Assembly: GCA_902792005.1 (NCBI GenBank)
Contig: CADAXW010000002.1
Coordinates: forward strand, 6,292 to 70,291
Length of the DNA: 64,000 nt
Direction of reading: 5' to 3'
From: an uncultured Lachnospiraceae bacterium
GTDB lineage: Bacteria; Bacillota; Clostridia; Lachnospirales; Lachnospiraceae
Position numbers and translations under genes: made by a program. Positions within the stretch are counted from its first letter, which is position 1. The number at the start of each line of letters is the position of its first letter. The notes under the pieces were generated by a model. It had not been told where the DNA came from. It searched no databases and saw only the letters and a list, made by a program, of their open reading frames with translations. Below, one piece after another: positions 1 to 9,563 of this stretch.

Positions 1-1368
1 CGCCTGAATCCGGATCACCGCGCCGTTCATGAGAAGCTTTCGGACTATTATCTGGATCGTTATTATAACACGGAGAAGCAGAGGTATTATAAGCAGGCTG
101 TGGATCACTCCCTGCGACAGATAGAGAATTATGCAAATGCGTACTATTATGTGTCTCTGGGTCTGGTCTATATGGACGGATATGAGTTTGACAAGGCACT
201 GGAGGCCGGACAAAAGGCAGCGGAAGAGGAGCCGAATGATGCATATGCATATAATGTGATCGGATACTCGCTTATGATGCTGAAGAGGTATGCCGAGGCG
301 GAGGAAGCATTTAACAAGGGAAATCAGCTCCTTGCTGAGAACCCTGTAAATATGGCGCTCCAGCGTAATTTCATCCGATTCCTGGAACAGAGGGGCAGAT
401 ACAGAGAAGCCATCGATTATGCGAAGGCCTATTACGGGCAGTTCCATCTGGATAATACGGACACCCATGGAACCCTGGCGCGGCTCTATAAGGCGGACGG
501 GGATTATGAAAGTGCCATTCGTGAGCTGGACATTGTGTTTAAATATTACCGGCGAGGGGCTGCCGGAAAAGAGCCGGAAGGCAGTTTTATCGGGGCAGGT
601 GATTTCAGTAAGCAGTATCCCAGGGCGGACATTGAAACCATGTCCTATATCGTCGCCAATCAGGTGAAGAAGATCGAAACCCTTTTCATCATGGGAAAGA
701 AAGAGGAGTGTGAACGTCTGTATCAGGATCTTGCGGAGTATATCCGGCGGGATGAATTCACGGGAAGACCCCGGCTGGCAGGAAACGGAAAAGTACAGAG
801 AAGAAGAAACATGTTCATCGCCTCGATCTACAGAGAGCTGGGCAGACATGAAATGTATGTGAGACGGGACTTCGATGCTGCTATAAAGCATCTGGAGTTT
901 TCTGCGCTTTACCGGGAGGCGTCTGTCCGGGCAAGTGAGCGGAGCTATCTGCTGGGAAAGACCAGACTGGAGCTTGCGGAAGCATTGATGCGGGCAGGAC
1001 GTGCGAAGGAGGCCCGGGAGGCGGCTGAGAAATGCTTTTATAATCTGATCGAGCCTCACAGGAACATAGAGGAGTTTCTGGTATATCCGGCTTCGAAGCC
1101 GCTTCGTTACTCTGAGATCGCAAAGTATTATTATTTCATGGGTGATCGGGAGAAGGCAGAGGAGCTGCTTGGAACGATGCTGGATTTCCCGCCCTGCAGC
1201 TTCTGCCGGGAGACGGAGTGCTATGATCGCTTCCTTACACTGGCAAATATACTTGAAATGTCGGGAGACATAGAACAGGCACTGAAGGCTTACCGCCGTG
1301 CGCTGGAGATCAGCAGCACGGATGCGGAGCTGTATGTTGCAATTGATACATTGGAGAAATTGACATGA
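1..1368 (+). CDS. Tetratricopeptide-repeat protein, 5'-truncated by the window edge (possible HscC co-chaperone)
   Basis: Frame is open from base 1 ([17 protein letters not shown]...), so the GTG at 100 is not the true start. Multiple TPR-like helices ([24 protein letters not shown]; [11 protein letters not shown]). Stop overlaps the Hsp70 start (ATGA). Confidence 0.8.
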   Translation, partial: RLNPDHRAVHEKLSDYYLDRYYNTEKQRYYKQAVDHSLRQIENYANAYYYVSLGLVYMDGYEFDKALEAGQKAAEEEPNDAYAYNVIGYSLMMLKRYAEAEEAFNKGNQLLAENPVNMALQRNFIRFLEQRGRYREAIDYAKAYYGQFHLDNTDTHGTLARLYKADGDYESAIRELDIVFKYYRRGAAGKEPEGSFIGAGDFSKQYPRADIETMSYIVANQVKKIETLFIMGKKEECERLYQDLAEYIRRDEFTGRPRLAGNGKVQRRRNMFIASIYRELGRHEMYVRRDFDAAIKHLEFSALYREASVRASERSYLLGKTRLELAEALMRAGRAKEAREAAEKCFYNLIEPHRNIEEFLVYPASKPLRYSEIAKYYYFMGDREKAEELLGTMLDFPPCSFCRETECYDRFLTLANILEMSGDIEQALKAYRRALEISSTDAELYVAIDTLEKLT

Positions 1369-3053
1369 TAATCGGTATTGACCTTGGAACTACAAACAGT
1401 CTTGTGGCAGTCTATACGGAGGACGGCCCTAAGATCATTCCCAATCGTTTGGGAGAAAACCTGACACCGTCGGTGGTGAGCATCGATGAAGAGGGAACGG
1501 TTTTCGTGGGACGGACGGCGAAGGAGAGAAAACAGCTGTATCCCGCAAGCTGCGCCGCTACATTTAAAAGAAGTATGGGAAGTGACCGGAAGTATGAGCT
1601 TTCCGGAAAGGAATACACTGCAGAGGAGCTTTCCAGCTTCATCCTTCGTTCGCTGAAGGAGGACGCCGAGGAGTATCTCGGGGAGAAGGTGGAGGAAGCG
1701 GTGATCAGTGTTCCGGCCTATTTCAATGACATGCGGCGGAAGGCCACGAAGCGGGCCGGGGAGCTGGCAGGGCTGAAGGTGGAACGGATCATCAGCGAGC
1801 CTACGGCAGCGGCCATTGCATACGGACTTTTAAATGATGATAAGCCGGCGAAAAACCTTGTCTTTGATCTGGGGGGCGGAACCCTGGATGTGTCCATCCT
1901 GGACTATTTCCCGCCGATCCTTGAGGTCAGGGCCGTTGCAGGAGACAACTTCCTCGGGGGAGAGGATTTCACGAAGGTGCTGGAGGACCTGTTCTTCAAA
2001 AAGAACAAGGAGCTGAAGAAGGAAGAGCTTTCCGTGAAAGAGCTGGCAATGGTGAACAAAGAGGCGGAGAAGGCGAAGCTTGCATTTACAGATGAGGGCA
2101 AGGTCGTGATGGCTCCGAAGATCGGAGATCGTCTTGTGGAGACGGAGATCACCATCGAGGAGTATGAGAAGAACTGCGAGGATCTGTATGAGAGGATCCG
2201 GATCCCGGTGAAACGGGCGCTTGCAGATGCCATGCTGAAGATTTCCGATATCGATAAGATCGTTCTTGTGGGCGGTTCGACGAAGTCCCCGAGCCTTCGC
2301 GCATTTGTCAGAAAGTTATTTAAGACTTTCCCTGACACATCCATCAATCCGGATGAGGCGGTTGCCCTGGGCGCAGCCATTCAGGGTGCCATCAAGGAGA
2401 GGAAGGAAGAGGTACGCGAGGTGATCCTTACGGATGTCTGCTCCTTTACCCTTGGCACGGAGGTTGTTGTAGATCTTGGAGAGCATCATATGGAGGGAGG
2501 ACATTTCTGTCCCATACTGGAGAGAAATACCATTATTCCCGCCAGCCGCACGGAACGCTTTTTCACGACCCATGATAATCAGGACAGGATCCGGATCGAG
2601 GTGCTTCAGGGAGAGAGCCGGCTGGCGAAGAACAATCTTCTTCTGGGGACCCTGGAGATCGAGGTTCCCAAGGGAAAGGCCGGACAGGAGGCCGTGGATG
2701 TCACCTATACCTATGATATCAACTCCATCCTGGAGGTGGAGGTAAAGTCACTTTCTACTGGGAAGAAGGAACGCTGCATCATTAAGGGGCAGCAGGTGGA
2801 GATGACGGATGAGGAGATCGAGGCAAGGCTGAAGGAGTTGGCTTACCTGAAGATCCCTCCGAGAGAACAGGAGGAGAACAATCTGGTGCTCCTCAGGAGC
2901 GAGCGGCTCTACGAGGAGTGTCTCGGTCAGGACAGAGACATCCTGGAGGCAGAGATCCGGAAGTTTGAACTGGCCCTCGCCTCCCAGGACAAGCGTATCA
3001 TCGAGAAGGAAAGGAAGCGGCTGATCGAGTTTCTTGATCAGTGGGAGAGTTGA
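1365..3053 (+). CDS. hscC: Hsp70-family chaperone, short HscC type
   Basis: [35 protein letters not shown] and LVGGST motifs; 562 aa, lacks the long DnaK C-terminal tail; not flanked by grpE/dnaJ in the window. Confidence 0.85.
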   Translation: MIIGIDLGTTNSLVAVYTEDGPKIIPNRLGENLTPSVVSIDEEGTVFVGRTAKERKQLYPASCAATFKRSMGSDRKYELSGKEYTAEELSSFILRSLKEDAEEYLGEKVEEAVISVPAYFNDMRRKATKRAGELAGLKVERIISEPTAAAIAYGLLNDDKPAKNLVFDLGGGTLDVSILDYFPPILEVRAVAGDNFLGGEDFTKVLEDLFFKKNKELKKEELSVKELAMVNKEAEKAKLAFTDEGKVVMAPKIGDRLVETEITIEEYEKNCEDLYERIRIPVKRALADAMLKISDIDKIVLVGGSTKSPSLRAFVRKLFKTFPDTSINPDEAVALGAAIQGAIKERKEEVREVILTDVCSFTLGTEVVVDLGEHHMEGGHFCPILERNTIIPASRTERFFTTHDNQDRIRIEVLQGESRLAKNNLLLGTLEIEVPKGKAGQEAVDVTYTYDINSILEVEVKSLSTGKKERCIIKGQQVEMTDEEIEARLKELAYLKIPPREQEENNLVLLRSERLYEECLGQDRDILEAEIRKFELALASQDKRIIEKERKRLIEFLDQWES

Positions 3054-3079
3054 AACGGAGGAACAGGAAGGAAAACGGA

Positions 3080-3610
3080 ATGGAGAATCAACTTCGAAGA
3101 ATGGAGAATAATCTGGTGATCTCCGGGACGGGGCTTTTGGCCTTTACGGCATGGAATATCATCCGGGCTCTCCTTATTGTGTATACGTATCGGGAATATG
3201 TCATGGAACTGATCCGGCAGGAAGGAGACTGGGACGGAGAGGATATGCCGCTCCCTCTGATGCTGGGCATCTTTGCTATCATCTTTCTTGTTGTAATGCT
3301 GCCGTACCTCTATGTGGCCATGTGTTCCAGAGCTGAGGGACTGAGAAAGAAGTCGCGAAAGGTATATATCGTCCTGGCGCTGATCATGCTGATCCCTCAG
3401 GCGGCGACGGCGATCTACAGTGTGATGGATATCTTTCTTTCGGATGAAACCTTTGATGCGGTGGTGACGGGGGCCATAGATATCACGGTGCTTTGCGTTC
3501 TGGTTGAAACTGTGACCACGGCGATCCGTGTAAAGAAGTACCGAAAAGAGATAGGAATAGAACTGCCAAAAAAACCAAGGAAAAAACCTGGAAAAGAGAA
3601 AGCACGGTAG
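3080..3610 (+). CDS. Hypothetical membrane protein (about 4 TM helices)
   Basis: Hydrophobic segments and a basic C-terminal tail; ATG at 3080 after a GGA-rich RBS. Confidence 0.7.
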   Translation: MENQLRRMENNLVISGTGLLAFTAWNIIRALLIVYTYREYVMELIRQEGDWDGEDMPLPLMLGIFAIIFLVVMLPYLYVAMCSRAEGLRKKSRKVYIVLALIMLIPQAATAIYSVMDIFLSDETFDAVVTGAIDITVLCVLVETVTTAIRVKKYRKEIGIELPKKPRKKPGKEKAR

Positions 3611-3623
3611 AGGAGGGGCAAAG

Positions 3624-4730
3624 ATGCAGAAGGAATTTCATTACTACGCCACTTACGCAGCAGCGTGTCTTGCCGGCTATTCTCATGAAGAGAGTCTGCA
3701 GATCGCATACAGTGCGGCTCTGGTGGATTTTTGTTCCGAGGATTACCTGGGGGAGCTTTCGGCTCCGGTCAAGGCGGCTACCACGCAGCTTCAGCTGGAG
3801 ATGGTGGATATGAAAACAGATAAGTTCGGAAGGACCAAGATCACGGAGATCTGGTCGTCGTTCCATTTTCTGCCCGGGGACCTTTATGCAGAGGTGAAAA
3901 AGGGAGGACGTCGTTACAAGGATAAATACAGGATGATCTGCAATGTAAACAGTGATCTTCTGGTGAAGACAGTGGAGCTTGCCCGCGGAGAAGGTCTTCA
4001 GGCAGTGGGACTGGCCATGCATATTCTGGCGGATACCTGGGCACATAGATACTTTGCGGGAACACCCTCGCTGGTGATCAATAATATAAACTACAGCTTC
4101 TATGAGCGGGTTCCTGAAGGGGACGGGACTGTGGACCGGCACGTCACATTTCGACATAATCCCAAAGCAAAGGATGATCCGGAGAAGAGTCTTTATACGA
4201 ATACGATCTATCGAAGCTCCGAGAATTCCGTTATGAATCTGGGACATGGGCGGGCAGGACACCTGCCGGATTACGGATTTGCCGTGTACCGCTATCTGCC
4301 GGCCTGGGCTGATTATGAGGAGGTCGTGAAGAATAACCCGGAGGATTTTCATCATGCATTCTGTCAGATGGTGTATGCAATGAAATGTCTTAGGGCCGAA
4401 GGCGCAGTTTTCGAGAAGGATACCTATGACATGGAGGCAGTGGCACCTTATGAAGAGGAGATCCAAAAGATCCTGACGAACCGGAGTATCGAGGCTGATC
4501 TCGGATGGAAGGATCTGGGAGAGCGGCTGTCCGGAACTGCGATTCCGGAGTTTTCCACCGCCACCTTCCGGGAGGAGTATCTGAATGCTGTAGGGGTGGA
4601 GAAGGAGCAGACCGTTCTGGGGCGGTTCATCCGGGCGGCCATCCGTCAGAAGGAAATGGTAGTGGGAGAGATTAAAGCCTCTGGGAACCAACTTCTTAAG
4701 ACGAAGAAGAGAAAGGCGGATAAGGGATGA
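3624..4730 (+). CDS. DUF6765-like protein (putative Zn-dependent phospholipase C/P1-nuclease-like fold)
   Basis: N-terminal MQKEFHYYATY, WSSFHFLPG, HILADTWAH and LGHGRAGHLPD motifs; AGGAGG RBS. Confidence 0.7.
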   Translation: MQKEFHYYATYAAACLAGYSHEESLQIAYSAALVDFCSEDYLGELSAPVKAATTQLQLEMVDMKTDKFGRTKITEIWSSFHFLPGDLYAEVKKGGRRYKDKYRMICNVNSDLLVKTVELARGEGLQAVGLAMHILADTWAHRYFAGTPSLVINNINYSFYERVPEGDGTVDRHVTFRHNPKAKDDPEKSLYTNTIYRSSENSVMNLGHGRAGHLPDYGFAVYRYLPAWADYEEVVKNNPEDFHHAFCQMVYAMKCLRAEGAVFEKDTYDMEAVAPYEEEIQKILTNRSIEADLGWKDLGERLSGTAIPEFSTATFREEYLNAVGVEKEQTVLGRFIRAAIRQKEMVVGEIKASGNQLLKTKKRKADKG

Positions 4731-5260
4731 ATGTAACAAAGAAGATAATTCAAATCGTTATCTCGGCAGGAATTCTCCTGGTGGCGCTCGTTCTGGTCCT
4801 GGCACCGAAGGAGGCTCTCGCACTTGTGGGGAATATCCTTTGCCTGATGCTTTTTGCGGTGGGGATCCGGTATCTGTTGCTCTATTTCCTGATGGCAAGA
4901 CACATGGTGGGTGGAAGATCACTCTTCTACACAGGTCTGATCATTCTGGATCTGTCATTCTTGTGTAGTGTGGTTCTGATGAGATCCTATCGGCTGCTTC
5001 TGCTTTATCTGGTGGGTATGCATGCATTCTATGGTGTGGTGCAGCTGCTCAGGGCCCTTGAGGCGAAGAAGTATGAGAATACCGCATGGAGATTTAAGCT
5101 GCTGAATGCGTTGATCAATCTTGGGATCTCGGTTGCCTGCATCTTCTTTATCCGTCAGGAAAGTACCATGGCGCTGATCTTTGCCGCAGGTTTGGTCTAT
5201 ACGGCAATTGTGAGGGTAGTCACGGCATTTCGAAAGGAAGAAGAAATTATCATCCAATAG
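4727..5260 (+). CDS. DUF308/HdeD-like integral membrane protein
   Basis: About 6 hydrophobic helices in a duplicated pattern; ATGA overlap with the upstream stop. Confidence 0.65.
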   Translation: MNVTKKIIQIVISAGILLVALVLVLAPKEALALVGNILCLMLFAVGIRYLLLYFLMARHMVGGRSLFYTGLIILDLSFLCSVVLMRSYRLLLLYLVGMHAFYGVVQLLRALEAKKYENTAWRFKLLNALINLGISVACIFFIRQESTMALIFAAGLVYTAIVRVVTAFRKEEEIIIQ

Positions 5261-5306
5261 AAATCCAATAGAACGCAGAATATTATTGAGTGTGCCAATA
5301 TGGAAC

Positions 5307-5334
5307 GTGACATGACGAAATCATGTGATATACT
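5307..5334 (+). promoter_or_regulatory. Sigma-A promoter of the VOC gene with an ACATGA-N5-TCATGT inverted repeat
   Basis: GTGACA-16-TATACT with extended TG; the palindrome overlaps the -35 box and spacer. Confidence 0.5.
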
Positions 5335-5376
5335 TCAATAGTAAGCAATTTTTGGTTTTCGAAGGAGGTACATTTT

Positions 5377-5754
5377 ATGAAAATCACAGGATTTCGTCCG
5401 TTGATCGTATCACAGAATGCAGAGGAGATCGCAAGTCTCTTTGAAGAGCTTGGATTTGAGAAACGTCATACGAAGAGAGACGTCGAAGAAGGAGTGGATC
5501 ACAGTTATGCAATGAAGGATGCAGATGGGCATTACGTAAATGTCACAAGTTCGGAGAACATGCCGAGAGATCTTACTATCGTCAGCATGAACGTGGATAA
5601 CTTCCAGGAAGCGTATGATTTCTTGATCGCACGCGGGTTTACGGATCCCAGAGGAGATAAGGTCACAAACACCGGATCATCGGTTGCAACCATGCTGATC
5701 TCACCGTCCGGCTTCGCGATCGCAATCTCAGAGCATATCAAGAACAGGGATTAG
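5377..5754 (+). CDS. VOC/glyoxalase-family protein
   Basis: 125 aa beta-alpha-beta-beta-beta pattern (FEELGFEK...MKDADG; LISPSGFAI); AAGGAGG RBS. Confidence 0.7.
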   Translation: MKITGFRPLIVSQNAEEIASLFEELGFEKRHTKRDVEEGVDHSYAMKDADGHYVNVTSSENMPRDLTIVSMNVDNFQEAYDFLIARGFTDPRGDKVTNTGSSVATMLISPSGFAIAISEHIKNRD

Positions 5755-5767
5755 TTTAAGAATAAAG

Positions 5768-5912
5768 TGTGACAAAGGGGACAGTCCCCATTGTCACGCG
5801 ACATGAGCCATGCCGGCTCTCCGGCCACTTCGTGGCCGTCGATGTCGCGGCATTCGCCGTATAAAACCGCCTCGTCATTGTTTTGTCTGCAAGCAAGCTC
5901 CCCTTTGTCACA
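5768..5912. repeat. REP/MITE-like element with TGTGACAAAGGGGA terminal inverted repeats and structured interior
   Basis: Begins TGTGACAAAGGGGACAGTCCCCATTGTCAC, ends TCCCCTTTGTCACA; same unit recurs at 28475 and 29233. Confidence 0.8.
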
Positions 5913-5916
5913 TGAC

Positions 5917-5945
5917 TTGACATGAAACCTCGGAATCTGTAACAT
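5917..5945 (+). promoter_or_regulatory. Sigma-A promoter of aroB
   Basis: TTGACA-17-TAACAT upstream of a GGAGG RBS. Confidence 0.6.
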
Positions 5946-5998
5946 TAAGAACGGACTTTTACAGATTTGTTCCATAGGTTATAGATGGAGGAAGATAT

Positions 5999-7114
5999 AT
6001 GAGCACATTTCAGGTTGAACTGAAACGGGTGGTAGATGATACCTACGACGTTGAGATCGGATATGGTCTGCAGGACAGACTTCTGGAGGATCTGGCAGCG
6101 GGGCTGATGGGAAAGCTTCGCAAGTTTGCAGTGATCACCGATGATACGGTGAAGGAGCTGTATGCAGAACCGATCCTGCGTCGATTGCTGGATGCCGGGT
6201 ATGAGGCGGATATCTTTTCTTTCCCGGCGGGAGAGAAGAGTAAGACCAGAGAGGTAAAGGCGCAGGTTGAGGATGAAATGCTGGAAAAGGAGTATCGCAG
6301 AGACTGCGGTGTCATCGCTGTTGGCGGCGGTGTGGTCACAGATCTGGCGGGCTTCCTGGCCGGAACCTTCGGCAGGGGAGTGCCCTTTCTCAACTACGCA
6401 ACAACTCTTCTGGCGGCAGCAGATGCTTCCGTAGGAGGAAAGACTGCAGTCGATACCCCCAGAGCCACGAATCTGATCGGCCTTTTCAATCAGCCAAGGA
6501 AGGTGTATCTGGATATCGAGAGCTGGAAGACGCTTCCGAAGCGGCAGATCATCAGCGGGCTTGCTGAGACCATCAAGCATGCGTGCCTGGCGGACCGGGC
6601 GTTCTTCGACTATTTAAATGAGCATATGGAGGAGATCCTGGCTCTGGAACCGGCGGCCTGTGAGCATATCGCAGAGACAAACTGCCGGATCAAGTATGAA
6701 GTGGTCATGAAGGATGAGCGGGAGTCCGGACTTCGTGAGGTCCTGAATCTTGGACACACGGTGGGACGGGCCATCGAAACGCTGAGTGATTACCGGCTGC
6801 TGCATGGTGAAGCCGTGTCCATCGGCATGGTTGCCGAGGTGGATCTGGCACTTTCCATGGGGCTTGTCACAAAGGAAGAAAGAGATGCCGTGGTGGAACT
6901 GCTGAGGAAGGCAGGACTTCCGGTAGAGATCCCGGAGTATATCGACCGGGAGCAGCTGGTGAAAAAGCTTTATACGGATAAAAAGGTGAGAAACGGAAGA
7001 CTTCGTTTCGTACTGCAGGACGGCATCGGTTCGATCAAAGAATTCGAGCCCGGAGTATTTGCAGCACCTGTGGAAGAAGAAACAGCAAGAAGGATCATTA
7101 TGCAGATGGCATAG
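5999..7114 (+). CDS. aroB: 3-dehydroquinate synthase
   Basis: GGGVVTDLAGF, DASVGGKTAV, LNLGHTVGRAIE and HGEAVSIG motifs. Confidence 0.95.
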   Translation: MSTFQVELKRVVDDTYDVEIGYGLQDRLLEDLAAGLMGKLRKFAVITDDTVKELYAEPILRRLLDAGYEADIFSFPAGEKSKTREVKAQVEDEMLEKEYRRDCGVIAVGGGVVTDLAGFLAGTFGRGVPFLNYATTLLAAADASVGGKTAVDTPRATNLIGLFNQPRKVYLDIESWKTLPKRQIISGLAETIKHACLADRAFFDYLNEHMEEILALEPAACEHIAETNCRIKYEVVMKDERESGLREVLNLGHTVGRAIETLSDYRLLHGEAVSIGMVAEVDLALSMGLVTKEERDAVVELLRKAGLPVEIPEYIDREQLVKKLYTDKKVRNGRLRFVLQDGIGSIKEFEPGVFAAPVEEETARRIIMQMA

Positions 7115-7125
7115 AACGATCATGA

Positions 7126-7168
7126 CAAATACAGCGCGACTGTACAGTGTGCAGTCGCGCTGTGTTTG
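7126..7168. terminator. Long hairpin between convergent genes (probable terminator)
   Basis: 20-bp arms CAAATACAGCGCGACTGTAC / GTGCAGTCGCGCTGTGTTTG, 3-nt loop. Confidence 0.75.
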
Positions 7169-7197
7169 TTGGAGAAAAAAACGGTTCGTTCCCTGTA

Positions 7198-7956
7198 TTA
7201 CTTCATCTCAGCAATATCGGTTACCTCGGCATGTCCTTCCAGATCGGCATATACTGTCAGGATCGCCCAGCCGGTTTCGGAGTTTCCGGTGGATGCCTTT
7301 GATTCGCAGAGGATCCGGTAGTTCTTTCCTGCAACCACCTGAGAACCCAGCAGTGCAACGGCCTTGTACTCAACGCCGGTCAGTGTTTCGGTAGCAAGTG
7401 TAAATGCCTTGGTTGCATCATCGTTCATGGCCAGATCGGAAGATGCTTCATAAGCGCCAACTACATCTTTGCCGGATACGGGTGCCGGTACTTCGGAATC
7501 CTTGATCTCGGTAATGCTTGCGTTGTTCTTCAGATCCTCATAGATCACTACGATTGCATAAACCGGTTCCGCATTCAGCTCGGATACCGATGCCTCCTTG
7601 TAGCAGAGGAAACGGTAATTCTTTCCTGCAACCACCTGAGTGCCAAGCAGTGCGATGGGGGTATAAACTGCGCCGGTAAGGGTTTCCTGTGCCTTTTTGA
7701 AAAGCTCCTTATGAGCGTCTGTGATCTCCATGGAAGAAACGGACCATCCGCCTACGATCATCTCTTCTTCACCTCCTGTTGCCTTTTCGGTTACATTTTC
7801 GGTTACATTTTCTTTGCCGGCAGCGGTTGAAGCCTGTGCCGCAGCAGTGGTTCCTGTAGTGCTGCTTCCTGTGGTGCTTTCTGTGCTGCTTCCGCATCCT
7901 GCGAATGCGGCTGCCATTACGCCTGCAAGTGCTAAAACAAATAATCTCTTTCTCAT
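7198..7956 (-). CDS. Lipoprotein with a tandemly duplicated extracellular domain
   Basis: Signal peptide ending FAGC; Thr/Ser linker; two copies of ETLTG..Y...ALLG.QVVAGKNYR.LC. Confidence 0.85.
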   Translation of the reverse strand: MRKRLFVLALAGVMAAAFAGCGSSTESTTGSSTTGTTAAAQASTAAGKENVTENVTEKATGGEEEMIVGGWSVSSMEITDAHKELFKKAQETLTGAVYTPIALLGTQVVAGKNYRFLCYKEASVSELNAEPVYAIVVIYEDLKNNASITEIKDSEVPAPVSGKDVVGAYEASSDLAMNDDATKAFTLATETLTGVEYKAVALLGSQVVAGKNYRILCESKASTGNSETGWAILTVYADLEGHAEVTDIAEMK

Positions 7957-7986
7957 ATCAGTTACCATCCTTTCCTATGTTACATT

Positions 7987-8688
7987 TTATTCTGAAATGC
8001 TCTCTTTTACAAGAGCCAGGGCTGCGTCTTCGCTGATGCCCTCCGGGGAATAAAGAGAATATGCAAAACCATCCTTTGTCCAGCGGATCAGGTGGAACAG
8101 CTTTGCCTCGCCCTCCAGGGTGATCTTTGCCCCGTCGACATCAGCATTCTTAGTTACCTTATATTCCTCATATACGCCGGAGTTATCTTCCTTACCCTTC
8201 GATTTCCGGAAGGAGAGGGATACGTCCTTGCCATTGTACTCTTCTTCGGCAAGGGTTCCGGAGATCAGCCGGTACTCCTTCGAAGATACTTTGAAGGGAA
8301 TGGCTGTCAGGTCCTTTATGGGGAAGCCTGCGGCCTGTCCCAGTTCCGCTGCGGAGTTATACTCCTTCATCTGATATGCTCCGGGATACATGTCCCCTTC
8401 CGTTCCCGTTTCCGTTCCACCGGTGGTCACGCCTCCGGTGACGATGGGGGATACGGAGGAGGTGGTCCCTTCTGTACTCTGCACAGTCGATCTTCCGCTC
8501 CAGGGCTTTGCGATGAGCAGCAGTATGGCCGCGGCCGCCGCAACCCCGATCACGGGGAACCAGATCCGATACAGGTGCTTCCGTTTCTTCTTCGCCATTT
8601 TCTGATCCACGTTGGAGAGGATACGGCTCTGCATCTCGTCTGACATTTTGATTTGATCCATGATCTCATTATATTTAGCCAAAGTCAT
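7987..8688 (-). CDS. Putative single-pass anti-sigma factor
   Basis: Short basic N-terminal domain, one TM helix, extracellular domain; overlaps the end of the ECF sigma gene. Confidence 0.7.
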   Translation of the reverse strand: MTLAKYNEIMDQIKMSDEMQSRILSNVDQKMAKKKRKHLYRIWFPVIGVAAAAAILLLIAKPWSGRSTVQSTEGTTSSVSPIVTGGVTTGGTETGTEGDMYPGAYQMKEYNSAAELGQAAGFPIKDLTAIPFKVSSKEYRLISGTLAEEEYNGKDVSLSFRKSKGKEDNSGVYEEYKVTKNADVDGAKITLEGEAKLFHLIRWTKDGFAYSLYSPEGISEDAALALVKESISE

Positions 8689-9301
8689 AATCCTCCTTTA
8701 AGATTTCTTTCAAATGTTCCCGCGCCCGCTTCAGATCGGAGCGGACCGTTGCTTCCTTTCGGCCCAGGATCTCTGCGATCTCTGCGGTCTGGTAGCCCTC
8801 CTGGTAAAACAGGTGGATGACTTCCCTTTGCACCTCCGGAAGTCCTTTCACAGCCTCCCAGACATAGCTGAGATCCTCACGTTCCATGGACACCAGTTCT
8901 TCGTTCAGCTCGTCGGTTTGTCTGCGGTTGTTATATGCGATCCGGTTTTTCGCCACATTTGCGGTGGCCGTCATGAGATAGGCCTTTTCATGAGCCGCGT
9001 TCTCAAACTCAGGGTTTGCCTCCAGTACCCGGATCAGCGTGTCCTGCAGGATGTCCTCCGCGTCAGCCATATTGTGCACGTAAGAGTAGGCAAGCCGCAG
9101 CATGGCATTTCCATAATCCGAGAGAAAATGTTCCGCCCGCCGGCTTTGATCCTCCGCGCTATCCGCAGTCCTGCGGAAGGGTTCCGTTTTACCCATTCGG
9201 AGGATCGGCGCTCCGGAAACGGCACGTACCAGAGAGGAGGCGGCAGACATAAGAACTGTCATGCTTCTCCATATGAAGTTGGGACTAATCGCAAGCTGCA
9301 T
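8675..9301 (-). CDS. ECF RNA polymerase sigma factor
   Basis: DAEDILQDT (region 2) and REVIHLFYQEGYQTAEIAEILGRKEATVRSDLKRAR (region 4); AGGAGG RBS. Confidence 0.92.
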   Translation of the reverse strand: MQLAISPNFIWRSMTVLMSAASSLVRAVSGAPILRMGKTEPFRRTADSAEDQSRRAEHFLSDYGNAMLRLAYSYVHNMADAEDILQDTLIRVLEANPEFENAAHEKAYLMTATANVAKNRIAYNNRRQTDELNEELVSMEREDLSYVWEAVKGLPEVQREVIHLFYQEGYQTAEIAEILGRKEATVRSDLKRAREHLKEILKEDYDFG

Positions 9302-9319
9302 TTTTATCCTCCTGCTATA

Positions 9320-9348
9320 GATACAATCCGGAACTATGAAATGTTGCA
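9320..9348 (-). promoter_or_regulatory. Candidate ECF-dependent (autoregulatory) promoter
   Basis: Minus strand TGCAAC-N17-TGTATC just ahead of the RBS; similar to SigM/SigV/SigW-type TG(A/C)AAC...CGT elements. Confidence 0.5.
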
Positions 9349-9490
9349 GAAATAAATATATTTTGGCTAATCGAGCTAATCATACCACAATGCAGGCTAT
9401 AGTGCCAGGGGATGGCCACGATGCCTTTCGAGGGTCGCGCTGCGTCCATTGCGGGTCCAGGCACTTGGCAATCCGTTTTCTGACGAACTC

Positions 9491-9519
9491 TTGAGCAATC
9501 CCGTCTCCGGTGGTATAAT
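9491..9519 (+). promoter_or_regulatory. Sigma-A promoter of metY
   Basis: TTGAGC-17-TATAAT with TGn extension. Confidence 0.7.
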
Positions 9520-9563
9520 ACCTCTTTGTAGCACGTTAACAGACTTTTCAGGAGGAACGAAAG

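Noticed and set aside
5751-5975. 74-aa minus-strand ORF across the repeat element
   Set aside because: Built from promoter and palindrome sequence; no transposase motif.
9410-9435. GGATGGCCACGATGCCTT resembling SAM-III/SAM-I riboswitch fragments before metY
   Set aside because: Lacks the remaining conserved elements and lies upstream of the predicted metY promoter.
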